A program made the position numbers and the translations under genes. Positions 1-10,603 of a DNA stretch of 64,000 bases are shown here, one piece after another. The stretch lies in contig OZ219802.1 in NCBI GenBank assembly GCA_964291655.2, positions 864,001 through 928,000 of the forward strand, given 5' to 3'. The DNA comes from Chloroflexota bacterium. Lineage in GTDB: Bacteria > Chloroflexota > UBA11872 > VXOZ01. Position 1 is the stretch's first letter. Each line of letters starts with the position of its first letter. The notes below the pieces were generated by a model. It was not told the DNA's origin. It did no database searches and was given only the letters and a program-made list of their open reading frames with translations.

Positions 1-1010
1 TCCCCGGGCAGGTCGTACTGCTGCCACGCATCCTGGAGCTTTTCCCACGTTTCTTTGATAGAAATACTGTAGGAGAACAACTGGCCGCCGGCAAAGTCGA
101 GGTCATTCACATCTTTGCCCCAAGCAAAGTGTTCCTCGATGGGCCGCTGGCTGAAGAGCATGCCGTGGGGATCGCCCCAATAGAGCGAGAGGGGCGGCGG
201 CTCCTCTGCCACCCGTACCGGGTTGCTCACCGCCTCGATGCCCCGATACGACGCCGTAACACAGTCAACCGGCCCCCGCACGGGAATCGTCCCTGCGGCG
301 CTAAACGAACTTAGCGCGACCGTTTTTTCGCCATTGCCGGACCGCAAGGTCACCTCTCCCTGGGCATCGCGTACCGGATTGCCAAACTTATCGGTGACGA
401 CGACGCGCGTGGCCGCTTGCCCCGTGGTATGCGAAGGCGTGGTTACTTGCAGCGCCGCCGGTTCAGCCTCCCTGATCGTGAGGGGATTACTCTCCAGCAA
501 GGATAGTTCCGCGTCCCGCGGCAGGAAGTAGTGGTGTTTGTCGCGTTCCGGGTGGTAGAACGTAAGCTCACCGGACGGGTCCTCGACCAGCCAAAAGCGG
601 AAGGCGTCGATGGCATTGCGGGGGAGCAAGAAGCCGTCAGGGGCAGTGCGCAGTTGCACCGTTACACGCTCTGCGGCTTTCACTGCGCCCGCAACGCACT
701 TCACGTGCACCACGTGGAGGAATTCAGGCGCCGGAGCATGGATATCAAACGTCCGCACCACGCCGCCAGCAACGAGCGCCTCGGCTTCCCACGCCGACCC
801 CACCGGCCCGCGGACCGCTATGGAGTCCGGCCAAGCGAAGTTGAGCACCCACTCGTCAAGCTGGCGAATGTCAAAGAAGAACCAAAGATTCCCACCCGCC
901 TGCAGACCGCCCGCCGGCGGCGAGTAGTGAAGCTGCAGCGTGACTGTTTCAGCAACTTGCAGCGGGCCGTCCACACTGACCCGGAAGCGTCCGCTCTGCC
1001 CCAAAGACAT
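1..1010 (-). CDS. DUF3604 / PHP-like metallohydrolase, runs off the window edge (C-terminus missing); close paralog of 1306..3120
   Basis: Not in the ORF track. Manual translation from ATG at 1010 (GGAG RBS upstream) gives MSLGQSGRFRVSVDGPLQVAETVTLQLHYSPPAGGLQAGGNLWFFFDIRQ, colinear with the next gene including LYWGDPHGMLF. Confidence 0.85.
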   Translation of the reverse strand, partial: MSLGQSGRFRVSVDGPLQVAETVTLQLHYSPPAGGLQAGGNLWFFFDIRQLDEWVLNFAWPDSIAVRGPVGSAWEAEALVAGGVVRTFDIHAPAPEFLHVVHVKCVAGAVKAAERVTVQLRTAPDGFLLPRNAIDAFRFWLVEDPSGELTFYHPERDKHHYFLPRDAELSLLESNPLTIREAEPAALQVTTPSHTTGQAATRVVVTDKFGNPVRDAQGEVTLRSGNGEKTVALSSFSAAGTIPVRGPVDCVTASYRGIEAVSNPVRVAEEPPPLSLYWGDPHGMLFSQRPIEEHFAWGKDVNDLDFAGGQLFSYSISIKETWEKLQDAWQQYDLPG

Positions 1011-1305
1011 CGTCTCCGCTCCTTGGGCTCTACCGCTTGAAGTGACGGACTAACTGTATCCCCGTGCTACGGTATCGTATCACCAGCGTGGGTCCCGGCA
1101 GCCCGCACACGAGCGGACACTGCGGCCTCGCGATCAGACGCGGCGTCCACGCGCCGTAGCGGACTGACCCCTACCACTGCCCACCTGCTTTGATGACGCG
1201 CTCAATGCGCCAGGGCCCGGGGGAAACCTCTTCTCTTGCTATACTCCGCTCGTCTGCCCGCCACGGGATAGCACCCAAGCCCACCTGTCCATGTCTCCAG
1301 GCCGC

Positions 1306-3120
1306 CTAGGCCATGGACTCCAACCAGACCGGGCTCGTCCATGCGCGGTTGCCGTCCACCTGCCGCACACGCAAGTAGCAGTAGTTTGCGCCAACCGGCG
1401 AAAACCGCAACGGTACCTCGTCCTCCAACTGCACGTGCTGCCGATTGGGTGTGTAGCTCTTGGCCGTGTCTCCGTTTACCACCAGGTCAATCTGCTCGAT
1501 GTCTTCAGTCCCGACGACGTCGGCAGTAAAGCCAAAGCCGTCGGACTTTACCGTGGAGCCTATCCAACTGTCGTTCACACGGAAGTCCACGATGATGCGC
1601 ACGCCGGTGGTGGCGTAGCAGCGCCGGTTGAAGAGCGCATCGAACAGTGTGGGCCTATCCAGCCGCTCCGCCCAAACTCCCGTCAGTCCGGCGGGACCGG
1701 ACGGCCCCGGTTCCTTATAGGGATTCGCGGGCCGGTTGTCGTGCGTGTCGCTTCCGCTGACAATGCCGAGCCTGACGCCCCGCATCAGGAATTGGTTTAT
1801 CTTTTCCTCTTCCGTAACACCGTCTGTCTGCTGCTTCTGGTAGATCTCGGCCAGGTGTTCCTGCACGTAGAAGTGGGTGTGAAAGTGACCGTGAATGAGC
1901 GCGCCCCGCCGTTTCATCTCCCGATAGAACTCTTGATAGTCGTTGCAGTAGACGGTATCGGGATGGTACCGGGCGTGCAGTTTGGGGTCGTTGGCGGCTG
2001 GGCGGTCCTCACAAAAGACCGGCGGCTGTCCCTCAGGCGCGGGGAAGAAACCGTGACGGTGACTGCCGTCGGGACCGGTGGCGAATTCCGCCGACGGCAA
2101 GGCGACGAATTCGCCCGGTAGATCATACTTCCTCCATGCGTCCTGCAATTCTTCCCATTTCTCGCTTATGCAGATGCTGTAGGAAAAGAGCTGGCCCCCG
2201 GCGAAGTCGAGATCGTTTACGTCCTTGCCCCACGCAAAGTGCTCGACAATCGGGCGCTGGTTGAAGAGCATGCCGTGGGGGTCTCCCCAATAGAGCGAGT
2301 ACGGCCCGGTGTCTTTGTCAACGCGCACCGGGTTGCTCACGGCCTGGATATCCCCGTATACCGCCGTTACACGATCGGCAGGACCCTGCACCTGCACCGT
2401 ACCCTCAGCGCCGAAAGAATTGAGTACAGCAGTTGTTTCATCACCGCCGGTACGCAGGGCAACTTCTCCTTCCGCGTCGTGGACAGGATTGCCAAACCTA
2501 TCCGTAACGACGACCCGTGTCGTTGCTTGTCCCGCGGCAAGAGAGGGAGTGGTCACCTGCAACACAGCCGGTTCGGCGGCAGTAATCGAGAGCGGGTTAC
2601 TCTCCAAAACCGAGAGTTCCACCTCGCGCGGTAGAAAGTAGTGATATTTTTCGCGGTCGGGATGGTATAGCTCGAGTTCTCCAGCCAGGTCTTCCACCAA
2701 CCAGAAGCGGAAGGAGTCGATGGCATTTACCGGCAGCAGGAAGCCCTCGGGTACGCTGCGCAGTTCTACGGCAATCTGCTCGCCTTCCGCGACCGAACCG
2801 CTAGCGCACCTCACGTGCACCGCATGGAGGAATTCGGGCGCTGGAGGATGAATATCAAACGTCCGCACCGTGCCGCCGTTGACGAGCGCCTCTGCTTCCA
2901 AGGAAGTTCCAGCCGGCCCCTCGACAGTGATACCGCCCGATGCTTCAAATGCGTGCCTGCGATCGCCAAACTGACGGATGTCGTAGAAAAACCAGAGGTT
3001 GCCACCGGACTGCATGCCGCCAGCAGGAGGCGTGTAGTGCAACTTCAGAGCCACAGTCTCCGCAACCTGCAGCAGCCCTTCCGCACTAACCTGAAACCGT
3101 CCGTTGGCACTCGCAGACAT
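1306..3120 (-). CDS. DUF3604 / CehA-McbA-like PHP metallohydrolase
   Basis: 604 aa; WGDPHG, GSHRH, GIVSGSDTHD, LTGVWA, RRCYATTG and C-terminal YLRVRQ..AWTSPVW. Confidence 0.8.
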   Translation of the reverse strand: MSASANGRFQVSAEGLLQVAETVALKLHYTPPAGGMQSGGNLWFFYDIRQFGDRRHAFEASGGITVEGPAGTSLEAEALVNGGTVRTFDIHPPAPEFLHAVHVRCASGSVAEGEQIAVELRSVPEGFLLPVNAIDSFRFWLVEDLAGELELYHPDREKYHYFLPREVELSVLESNPLSITAAEPAVLQVTTPSLAAGQATTRVVVTDRFGNPVHDAEGEVALRTGGDETTAVLNSFGAEGTVQVQGPADRVTAVYGDIQAVSNPVRVDKDTGPYSLYWGDPHGMLFNQRPIVEHFAWGKDVNDLDFAGGQLFSYSICISEKWEELQDAWRKYDLPGEFVALPSAEFATGPDGSHRHGFFPAPEGQPPVFCEDRPAANDPKLHARYHPDTVYCNDYQEFYREMKRRGALIHGHFHTHFYVQEHLAEIYQKQQTDGVTEEEKINQFLMRGVRLGIVSGSDTHDNRPANPYKEPGPSGPAGLTGVWAERLDRPTLFDALFNRRCYATTGVRIIVDFRVNDSWIGSTVKSDGFGFTADVVGTEDIEQIDLVVNGDTAKSYTPNRQHVQLEDEVPLRFSPVGANYCYLRVRQVDGNRAWTSPVWLESMA

Positions 3121-3230
3121 TACTCACCGCCACCTTTCATCCAACTGCTTGAATTCCCTTGAATTCGGCGCTATTGCCCTGCGGTATCGTATCACAGCAT
3201 GGGGCAGAGCGCTCTAGCGTATTGCCGGTT

Positions 3231-3258
3231 GTAGGGGCGGTTCGCGAACCGCCCCTAC
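3231..3258. repeat. GTAG-type REP, perfect 28-bp palindrome
   Basis: gtaggggcggttcgcgaaccgcccctac; near copy at about 8399-8426. Confidence 0.85.
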
Positions 3259-3399
3259 GCAGGACTGCAAGCCCACGCTTGAATACATGCAGGCACAGCA
3301 TAAAACGGAGAGGAAGGATTCCGCGCCGTTTACACGAGAATCACCATGGCCTTACATAGGCCGCACAGGGGATTGAAGAGCGGCGGCTGGCTTCCTGAC

Positions 3400-3621
3400 C
3401 GTCATTCCGGCGAACGCCGGAATCCAGGGAGTGGGCGACGAAGTTAGATTCCGCGCCCCCACGCGGGGCGAATTCTCGCGGGAATGACGGAAGTCCTTCG
3501 TCTCCGCCGTAGCGCGGGGGCTTGCCCCCCGCTCCTGTGCGTGAGCATGAGGGCTGAAGACCCAGTGGTGATGTGTGGTTGAAGGAAAGTGAAGATGGAC
3601 TCCCGATTGCGCCGGAATGAC
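3400..3621. repeat. REP cluster: CGTC-type REPs (3400-3425, inverted partners about 3447-3489 and 3597-3621) and a GTAG REP (3509-3532)
   Basis: cgtcattccggcgaacgccggaatcc, ..cgggaatgacgg, gtagcgcgggggcttgccccccgc. Confidence 0.75.
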
Positions 3622-3752
3622 GGACGACGCGTTCCTCGCGCTACCCTCGCACCTTCGCTCATCTATAGGCTTTACTCAACATACAAATGACAGAATTCAC
3701 ATCCACTTGAATGAATATCGCCAACGTTCAGAGGGCAAGCTGTGCAAAAAGC

Positions 3753-5303
3753 TTAGAAGACGCGGCGGGCGTCTTCAATCCAAATGGGGCTCGACCACGC
3801 CATCTCGCCGTCTTCCTGCGTTACCCGCACGTAGTACCAGTCGGCACGGTCTTGGGGCATGTCCAGGTCATCCAACGAGAAGACGCACTCCCAACCAGGC
3901 TCTTCCACAACGTGCCAGTCGTGATTGTTCTTGACTACCACCACTTTGGCAAGCGGCGCGGTGCCGTGGACGCGCACCCGCATTTGTTTGGGCGGCGTTT
4001 GCACACTGATCGTCTCGCCCATGGGCTGGTTGTCCACGCTGAAATCAAGCAGGATGCGCACACCGGTGGTGCCGATGGTGCGGCGGTTCCAAAGCCCGCT
4101 GAACATGGCGTCGCGCTCGCGGCGGCGCGACCAGAGTCCCGTCATACCGGCGTGGTGGTTGAACGTCGTCAGCTTAATGGGCAAGTGCGCAATCTGCACG
4201 CTGCTCGTGGGGCGGCCGTCGTGACTCTCGCTGCCACCCACAAAGCCAAACCGGAAGCCCTGCCGCAGCCCGTCCTGCAAGAAATGCCCAGTGGCCTCGA
4301 AAGGAGGATACTCCGCTTGGGGTTCGTCCCATTGCGTCCGTTCATTCCTCCCCTTGAGGGCGTAGGGCTCGCCCTCGTGCTCGCTGCTGCCCCAATGGCT
4401 ATAGACTTCCATAAGTCGCTCGAACTCCGGGTCCATGGTCTCCCAATTGTGCCAGATGCGATTGCCCAGGCGGGCGGGGTGATGGGGTATCGAAAGAATG
4501 TCCCTGCCGGTTCGGGAAAGGCTTCTGAAGACGTTGAAGAGGTCCTGCGGCGTGTTTGATCCTTTCCAGTTGCTGGAGATGAGCGGCATGTCGCCGTGCC
4601 GAAAGATCACGTTGCGGTGGCCGCAGTCGGCGTCCGGCCCCCGGTTCCACGACCACTCGTAACCCAGCAGCGTCACGAACCGCTCCGGTTGGTTGAAGTA
4701 CTCCGCGCCTTCTTGTATTTCGCGCCATTCATCCGTGCTCAGCGCGTAGTCGTGGTCGGTCAGCGCCGTGAAGTCCAAGTGCACCACGTCGCGGGCAAAA
4801 CGGTACACCTCATCGACGGTAGCGGGTCCATAGCTCCACAAGAGAGGATCGGTGCGCTTGCGGCTGGGGTTTTCCAAGCGGTGGCAATGCAGGTCGCCCC
4901 AATAGAGCTTGTGGTCGCCTTTGTACATGAACGCAGGCGCCCAGGCGGGATTGCTGATGGCTTCGATGCCGGTCTCGCGATCTCGCGCGCGCACGCGAAA
5001 GACTCGATCTTTCTCCGCAACCGCACCCCGCACGGCATGATGGCTGTCGTACTCCGGCAGCATCGGCACATCTGCCGGGACCTCACCGCTTGCTCCCTCT
5101 AGAGACAACTCAAGACGGGCGCTCTGCTGCGGTAGGTGGAACCCCCACCTATCCCGCAATTCAAGGCCGATCGCGAATTCGCCGTTGCTCACGTCCGGCG
5201 GCACTATGCTGGGCACGGTCACGCGAATTTCCGCTAACTCCGGTGTTCCCTGGTAGTCCAGCGGCAGCCGAATGAGGTTTTGATCAAATTCCTCTGCACT
5301 CAT
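3753..5303 (-). CDS. DUF3604 / PHP-like metallohydrolase
   Basis: WGDLHCH, ALTDHD, GYEW, GHRNV, IPHH, EVYSHWG, GFVGGSESH, AWSSPIW; start placed at ATG 5303 behind GAGGAG. Confidence 0.85.
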   Translation of the reverse strand: MSAEEFDQNLIRLPLDYQGTPELAEIRVTVPSIVPPDVSNGEFAIGLELRDRWGFHLPQQSARLELSLEGASGEVPADVPMLPEYDSHHAVRGAVAEKDRVFRVRARDRETGIEAISNPAWAPAFMYKGDHKLYWGDLHCHRLENPSRKRTDPLLWSYGPATVDEVYRFARDVVHLDFTALTDHDYALSTDEWREIQEGAEYFNQPERFVTLLGYEWSWNRGPDADCGHRNVIFRHGDMPLISSNWKGSNTPQDLFNVFRSLSRTGRDILSIPHHPARLGNRIWHNWETMDPEFERLMEVYSHWGSSEHEGEPYALKGRNERTQWDEPQAEYPPFEATGHFLQDGLRQGFRFGFVGGSESHDGRPTSSVQIAHLPIKLTTFNHHAGMTGLWSRRRERDAMFSGLWNRRTIGTTGVRILLDFSVDNQPMGETISVQTPPKQMRVRVHGTAPLAKVVVVKNNHDWHVVEEPGWECVFSLDDLDMPQDRADWYYVRVTQEDGEMAWSSPIWIEDARRVF

Positions 5304-5628
5304 GGCGTTGCTCCTCAGCATATTTGCAGGTGACGTCTTCAGATGGCCAGACCTGAACCTAAGTGGCTAGACCTTCTAAGCTCATTGTGTATCAGTATTT
5401 TGTGCTACCGACAAAAAACTACCCTAACCGAAACTGTACCCGTACTGTTATCCATTATTTGTGGTAGTTCTCACACACTGCTAGCATTGTGTGGAGAAAG
5501 TCTGTTAGGTACAAAGGGACTTGACCAAGCCGATGATTAAATGCAGTCGATTCTTGGATTTCGCTCCTCTGCACACATCGGATTGAATCAAGTGCCCACC
5601 TCAATGAGCTTCGCAAGGAGAAATTTAT

Positions 5629-6327
5629 ATGCGAACAATCGTTCGCCGTTCCCTCTTCCTCGTTGCCATGTTGCTGATACTAACACCAGTAGCAATCTTC
5701 GCCCAAAGTGAAACGGCAAGGCAGTTCGTAGAGTTAGTCTTCTCTGAGGACGAATCGTCGGTCTCGATCACAGAGACAATAAGCAGCTCCGCACGCGTTT
5801 CATTCACACACGACGGCCAGGACTACGTGATGAGGGTGCCAGTCACAATCGAAATTGATGAGACTATTCCAATCGCAGATAGCGTGAGTGCAACCGACTC
5901 TGCAGCGCGTGTAGGCGTATTCGCGTTTACAGTGGTTGAAACGGTCGAGGGAAACTCGATGAAGATCGGTTACGATACCTTGCAAGCTGGGGATGAAAAC
6001 AAACTCGTTGCTGTGGACTTTAATCTGACGAACCTTAGCGATGAAACTATGGAGTTTGCCCACTGGTTCAGGACATATGGCGATCATTCCCATGGAGAGC
6101 GAGTGTTCGGTCTAGACGACATGGGGCGCCGCTTTGAACCGGAGATGATCTTTGGCTGCGCCGAGGTTAACCCGGGTAGTACCGAAAAGTGCACAGTTGT
6201 CTTTGAAGTAGGAGAAAGTGTGACTATTGTGCAGCTCGAAGTCAATGCGATAGATAAGGGCGTGGTTCCAGTGTCCGCGGCTGAAGAAAAAGAAGATGCA
6301 GAAGGGGTCGAGGAGGATGACTCGTAA
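5629..6327 (+). CDS. Secreted acidic protein with DUF4352-like Ig-fold domain
   Basis: Signal peptide; VAVDFNLTNLS...EVNPGSTEKCTVVFEV pattern; AAGGAG RBS. Confidence 0.6.
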   Translation: MRTIVRRSLFLVAMLLILTPVAIFAQSETARQFVELVFSEDESSVSITETISSSARVSFTHDGQDYVMRVPVTIEIDETIPIADSVSATDSAARVGVFAFTVVETVEGNSMKIGYDTLQAGDENKLVAVDFNLTNLSDETMEFAHWFRTYGDHSHGERVFGLDDMGRRFEPEMIFGCAEVNPGSTEKCTVVFEVGESVTIVQLEVNAIDKGVVPVSAAEEKEDAEGVEEDDS

Positions 6328-6698
6328 TGTTTGATAGGCTAGTTGGTAACGCTGGCGTTCTCTCAATAGAAGCTATGGAGAATGACTTCGCGCAACTGCT
6401 AGCGGAAGACGAGGAATTCCAGATCGGATTCAACGTGATGCGGGATACATTTCTCTTTACTGATCGGCGACTGGTGCTTGTAGATGTGCAGGGCATGACG
6501 GGCAGGAAGAAGGAATTCCTCTCCATCCCCTACGACAAGATCACCATGTATAGCGTCGAATCCGCCGGCTTCCTCGACCGTGATGCAGACTTCAAGCTAT
6601 GGGTTGGCAGCAATCCCAATCCAATCGAAAAGAAGTTCAATAAGAGCGTGGACATCTATGCCATTCAGCAGGTGCTCGCAGCCAAGTCGAAACGATAG
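6327..6698 (+). CDS. Bacterial PH-domain protein (bPH_1, YvbH-like)
   Basis: RDTFLFTDRRLVLVDVQGMTGRKKEFLSIPY..ESAGFLDRDA signature; start overlaps upstream stop (TAATG). Confidence 0.9.
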   Translation: MFDRLVGNAGVLSIEAMENDFAQLLAEDEEFQIGFNVMRDTFLFTDRRLVLVDVQGMTGRKKEFLSIPYDKITMYSVESAGFLDRDADFKLWVGSNPNPIEKKFNKSVDIYAIQQVLAAKSKR

Positions 6699-6830
6699 GT
6701 CGGATTCTGTAGCTTAGGGGCACGGTTGCCGCGGTTCCTGGAGAACACCAGACTTCCCCACACGGAGGCTTCACGACAGCCAACGCGCACTCCCCTTGCC
6801 AAATCCCCTCAGCAAAGGCAGTACATATAC

Positions 6831-6876
6831 AAAAGAAGCACCTGGCGCCTCGTAGTCGTGGGCGCCAGGTGCTTCT
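6831..6876 (-). terminator. Intrinsic terminator of the solute-binding protein gene (possibly bidirectional)
   Basis: Perfect 16-bp stem agaagcacctggcgcc/ggcgccaggtgcttct with a short T run on the minus strand, between convergent genes. Confidence 0.7.
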
Positions 6877-6924
6877 CTCAATTCCATGCAAGCGACTACC
6901 CGCGTAGCCTCTCGTGAATGGTTC

Positions 6925-8289
6925 TTACTCGCGCGCCAGCCACTCATCGAGCACTGTCTGCGCTTGGGCCTCGGTATTGCGCAGGCCTTCCTCGATGGTG
7001 GTCTTGCCGGTGAGCATGTCGGGCACGCCGCCGCTCATGATGCCGAGCATCTCGTTCGCGCCGGGGGCCGAGACCACGAAGCGTCGGCCTTCCATGACGT
7101 CAACCTGATGGATGACGAACGGATCGCCGCCGTGGTAGGCCTCACTGTACGACGTGTCAACGCGAATTGGGAGGCGGTCGAAGTGCTTGGCCCAGCGGAT
7201 ATTCACGTCATCTACGCCGAAGTGCTCCATGAACGTCCACCCAAGGTCTTTATGCGTAGCGCCCACGGGCAGCACCCACGTATGGCAGCCGCCGTACGTG
7301 CGGTTGAAGCCATCTGCCGGCTTCGGCCAGTGTCCCCAGTGATACTCAAGGTCCGGCGCTTCCTGGGCGATACTCTCAAACCGGATGGAGCCGGTATCGT
7401 AGAGGTTTGCCAAACGGCTGCCGTAGAAGTGTGCCCGGGCATTCTCATCGCCCTTGAACTCCTGCAAGGCGTCGTAGCCGCCCTGCATGTCGTGCACCTT
7501 CTTCAGCCACGCCATACCTTCGCGGCCTTCCTCGGTATTGAGGGTGATCTTGGTGGCGTCTTCGTTAATGTTCTCGCCACCAAGCTGCCACATGGGCACC
7601 ATCCACACGTGGCGGTTAGCCCACAACGGACCCCACGCCACCTGCTCGATGGTATTGCCGCCCTTGAATGACTTGGAGATTACATCCTCTATGTCCGTCC
7701 ACGTCACCGGCGGATTCTCCGGATCGAGGCCCGCATCCAGGTAGAGATTGTCGTGGATGTAGAAGAAGCGCACGTCCGGGCCGAAAGGCATGCTCCACAC
7801 CTGGCCTTTGTGGTCCATGTCGATGCGCAGCGAGGGCCAGATGTCATCCTTATTGATGACCGGCGATTGGGCGTAATACTGTTCCAGGCTATCCACGATG
7901 CCGCCGGCCGCCACCTGCTGGTTCTGCCAGACGCCCACCTGACCGATGTCAGGAGACGCATTCGCTGCTTGCGCGGCAATTAAGATGGTGAAGCGGTTGC
8001 CTTCCGGGATGAGGTCTTTGACCGTAAGACCCTCGACCAGGGCCTCGATCTCTTGCTTGACCTCCAGGCCCAGGCCCTGTGAAAGGTCCCACCGGGCGGT
8101 CGTCCACACCTCTAGCTCGACAGCCTCTGCCGGTGCGGGTTGTGCTTCCTCTGCTTTGGGCGCCTCTTCTTCCGCTGGGGCATCTACGGAATCCATCGGG
8201 GCCGCCTGGCCACAGGCCACAAACAATGCACCTGCCGCGATCGCGCCTACGCCACCGAGGAACGTCCGTCTGAGAATCTTATCTCGCAT
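6925..8289 (-). CDS. Carbohydrate-type ABC extracellular solute-binding lipoprotein (Tat signal)
   Basis: RRTFLGG...FVAC lipobox, Ala/Glu/Pro linker, GLDPENPPVTW; strong RBS before ATG 8289. Confidence 0.85.
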   Translation of the reverse strand: MRDKILRRTFLGGVGAIAAGALFVACGQAAPMDSVDAPAEEEAPKAEEAQPAPAEAVELEVWTTARWDLSQGLGLEVKQEIEALVEGLTVKDLIPEGNRFTILIAAQAANASPDIGQVGVWQNQQVAAGGIVDSLEQYYAQSPVINKDDIWPSLRIDMDHKGQVWSMPFGPDVRFFYIHDNLYLDAGLDPENPPVTWTDIEDVISKSFKGGNTIEQVAWGPLWANRHVWMVPMWQLGGENINEDATKITLNTEEGREGMAWLKKVHDMQGGYDALQEFKGDENARAHFYGSRLANLYDTGSIRFESIAQEAPDLEYHWGHWPKPADGFNRTYGGCHTWVLPVGATHKDLGWTFMEHFGVDDVNIRWAKHFDRLPIRVDTSYSEAYHGGDPFVIHQVDVMEGRRFVVSAPGANEMLGIMSGGVPDMLTGKTTIEEGLRNTEAQAQTVLDEWLARE

Positions 8290-8505
8290 TTTCCTCTCCT
8301 TACACTTCACGAATCACGTCCCAGAGTCTCACTCAAACTCTAGTCCCAATTTGGTTTGAGTGCAACCGCACCCAACGGAGTGGCAGAGACCCCACATGGT
8401 AGGGGCGGCTCGCGAACCGCCCCTGCGGATGTCGCCATGTCACCGTTTGTCTATACTAGATGGACGGATGCAGTCCTCCGCGGAACGTTGTCGAAAAGGA
8501 AAGTC

Positions 8506-9297
8506 ATGGCGGAATGGCGCTACGCAAAGCTCACCTGGCCGGAAGTGCGAAAGGCAGCGCGGGAGCAAAAGGCGGTCTTGTTGCCTGTAGCGGCCATCGA
8601 ACAGCACGGTCCGCACTTGCCGATTGACACTGATAACGTCGCGGCGCTGGCCGTCTGCGAGCGCGCGGCACAAGCCGCCCCTAGCAAACTCCTCTGTGCG
8701 CCGCCGATCCACTACGGCTTCAACGAGCACAATATGGACTTTCCCGGTACCATTTCAGTCCAGGCGCAGCACTTCATCGACTATTGCTACGACGTGGCGG
8801 TGAGCTTTGCGCGCCATCGCTTTCCCATCATCCTCTTTGTAAACGGACACGCCTCAAACGACCCATTGCTGCAAGTCGCCGCGCGCCTCGCCACACTGCA
8901 CTCCAACGCCGCGTGCGCTCTCGTATCCTATTGGGAACTGGCAAAGGAAGAAGTTGAAGAATGGCGGGAATCTGAGTATCCCGGCGGCATGGATCACGCC
9001 GGCGAATTTGAAACCTCAATCTACTTGGCGCTCGATCCGGCACGCGTGCAAATGGACAAGGCGCAAGCCGACTACAGAATCCGCACCAAGTGGCATTACC
9101 GCGACCTGATGGGCGGCTCGCCGGTGAAGTACGTAGACCACCTCAGCAAGATGTCGGCAGACGGCACCGGCGGCGATCCTACCCTCGGCGCGGCCTGGAA
9201 AGGCGAACGCATTCTGGAGACGGTGAGCCAGGCCATCATCGAGGTTGTGGAAGACATTCGCGGCCTGCAGTACGGTCCAAGAGTGGACCACCACTGA
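8506..9297 (+). CDS. Creatininase / creatinine amidohydrolase family protein
   Basis: EQHGPHLPIDTD, HNMDFPGTIS, NGHASN, HAGEFETS motifs. Confidence 0.92.
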   Translation: MAEWRYAKLTWPEVRKAAREQKAVLLPVAAIEQHGPHLPIDTDNVAALAVCERAAQAAPSKLLCAPPIHYGFNEHNMDFPGTISVQAQHFIDYCYDVAVSFARHRFPIILFVNGHASNDPLLQVAARLATLHSNAACALVSYWELAKEEVEEWRESEYPGGMDHAGEFETSIYLALDPARVQMDKAQADYRIRTKWHYRDLMGGSPVKYVDHLSKMSADGTGGDPTLGAAWKGERILETVSQAIIEVVEDIRGLQYGPRVDHH

Positions 9298-9338
9298 AAG
9301 CCAATACCAGACTGATTGCAACCCACCACGAGTACCGG

Positions 9339-10559
9339 TTAGGACAGCACTTCATTCACCAGCGACAGGCCGGCATCCAGTCGCTGCGGCCAGTCCGGGG
9401 CAAGGTGGCGCACGGGGTTGGTGCAGACCCGGAAGATACAAACGGCCTCACGCAGATTGAGATCCCGCTCTTCCCAGCCAAAACGTTGCAACGCTGCGGA
9501 GCGAAAGGCCTGGTAATATGCGCCGCTCGCCTTCGACTCCCCTTCGCGCCCAAACCGTGCCGTCCAGCGCATGTGGGCGAGAAAATTGCCCACGTCGATC
9601 ATTGGATCGCCCAATCCGGTTTCCTCGAAGTCTACGAGTGCAAGTCTGCCGTCGAAAACACGAATCATCTGGTCGTCATAGAAGTCATTGTGAGCGACGG
9701 ATGAAGGTTGCCACGCTCTGGCAAAGTCGTCCAGCACTGCGGTTGCATCCTGCAGCTTGAGGCGGATTGCGGCGTGATCTCGCAGTACCTGCCGGAAGAC
9801 GCGCCTAGCGCGACGGTAGGCTCCGTGGAGGTTCAACGGGCGGGCGTCGCCGGCCGCTGGAGGGATTTTCCATAGCTGTTCCAGATTGTCAAGGATTGGA
9901 TTGAGGTCTACGTCTTCTCCTCTGCGGATGAGGCGGCGCACATTCTTGCCCGGTATTTCGGCCAGCCACACGACGCCACCTTCGGCCCAGCAGCCTGCCA
10001 AACGGGGCAGCACAAATCCGGTCTGCCCAACGAGCTCTGCAGCAGCCATAAGCCGCGGCACGCGGCCGGGCCGCATAACCCGCACGTAGAAGCGCACGCG
10101 GCCATGCTTATGACGCAATACGGCATGTCCGCCGGGTCTGTAGCGCACAAGATCCAACCGCACGCGCTGTACTGACGTCGCGAGCACATACTGGCTAAGC
10201 AAGCGGCTGGCCGCCAGTGGAGAGGCTGCCTCCGCAAGGCCGGGCAGGGAGGGGTCATCGGGGTAGCAAAAGAACCGCGGCGGTCGGTCGCGGATGAGCT
10301 CGATAGCGAACTGCTGCTGAGTGACGAATTCATCCCACGGCCACTCAGCGACGTAGGTGGCAGTCGCGCTTCGTCTGGGATTGTAGCTCAGTTGGCGCAA
10401 GCGCAGCCGCTGCGGTATCTCCTCCGGCTCGCCAAGCCTGGAACAGAACGTGCGCCAGACCCAATCGCCGTCAAAGAGGCTAGGAAAGTCACTCAGGCGC
10501 TGGTCGTTCGGGAATGCCATCTGCGGAGACAAGGGCGGAGCGGTAAGCAAGCTCGACAC
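9339..10559 (-). CDS. Aminoglycoside phosphotransferase / choline kinase-like protein
   Basis: HNDFYDDQM (Brenner-like motif), LVDFEE, GDPMIDVGNFLAH. Confidence 0.8.
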   Translation of the reverse strand: MSSLLTAPPLSPQMAFPNDQRLSDFPSLFDGDWVWRTFCSRLGEPEEIPQRLRLRQLSYNPRRSATATYVAEWPWDEFVTQQQFAIELIRDRPPRFFCYPDDPSLPGLAEAASPLAASRLLSQYVLATSVQRVRLDLVRYRPGGHAVLRHKHGRVRFYVRVMRPGRVPRLMAAAELVGQTGFVLPRLAGCWAEGGVVWLAEIPGKNVRRLIRRGEDVDLNPILDNLEQLWKIPPAAGDARPLNLHGAYRRARRVFRQVLRDHAAIRLKLQDATAVLDDFARAWQPSSVAHNDFYDDQMIRVFDGRLALVDFEETGLGDPMIDVGNFLAHMRWTARFGREGESKASGAYYQAFRSAALQRFGWEERDLNLREAVCIFRVCTNPVRHLAPDWPQRLDAGLSLVNEVLS

Positions 10560-10603
10560 GTCATGCCCGCTTCAATGAGCGGCAGAATCTCGGTGTTTCG
10601 CGG

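Noticed and set aside
1291-2121. Long antisense ORFs here and elsewhere (e.g. 3711..4559, 35433..36350, 62493..63374)
   Set aside because: Shadows of real genes on the opposite strand, expected at high GC.
9339-10559. Aminoglycoside resistance gene
   Set aside because: Only fold-level kinase motifs, longer than classical APH enzymes and not in a mobile context.
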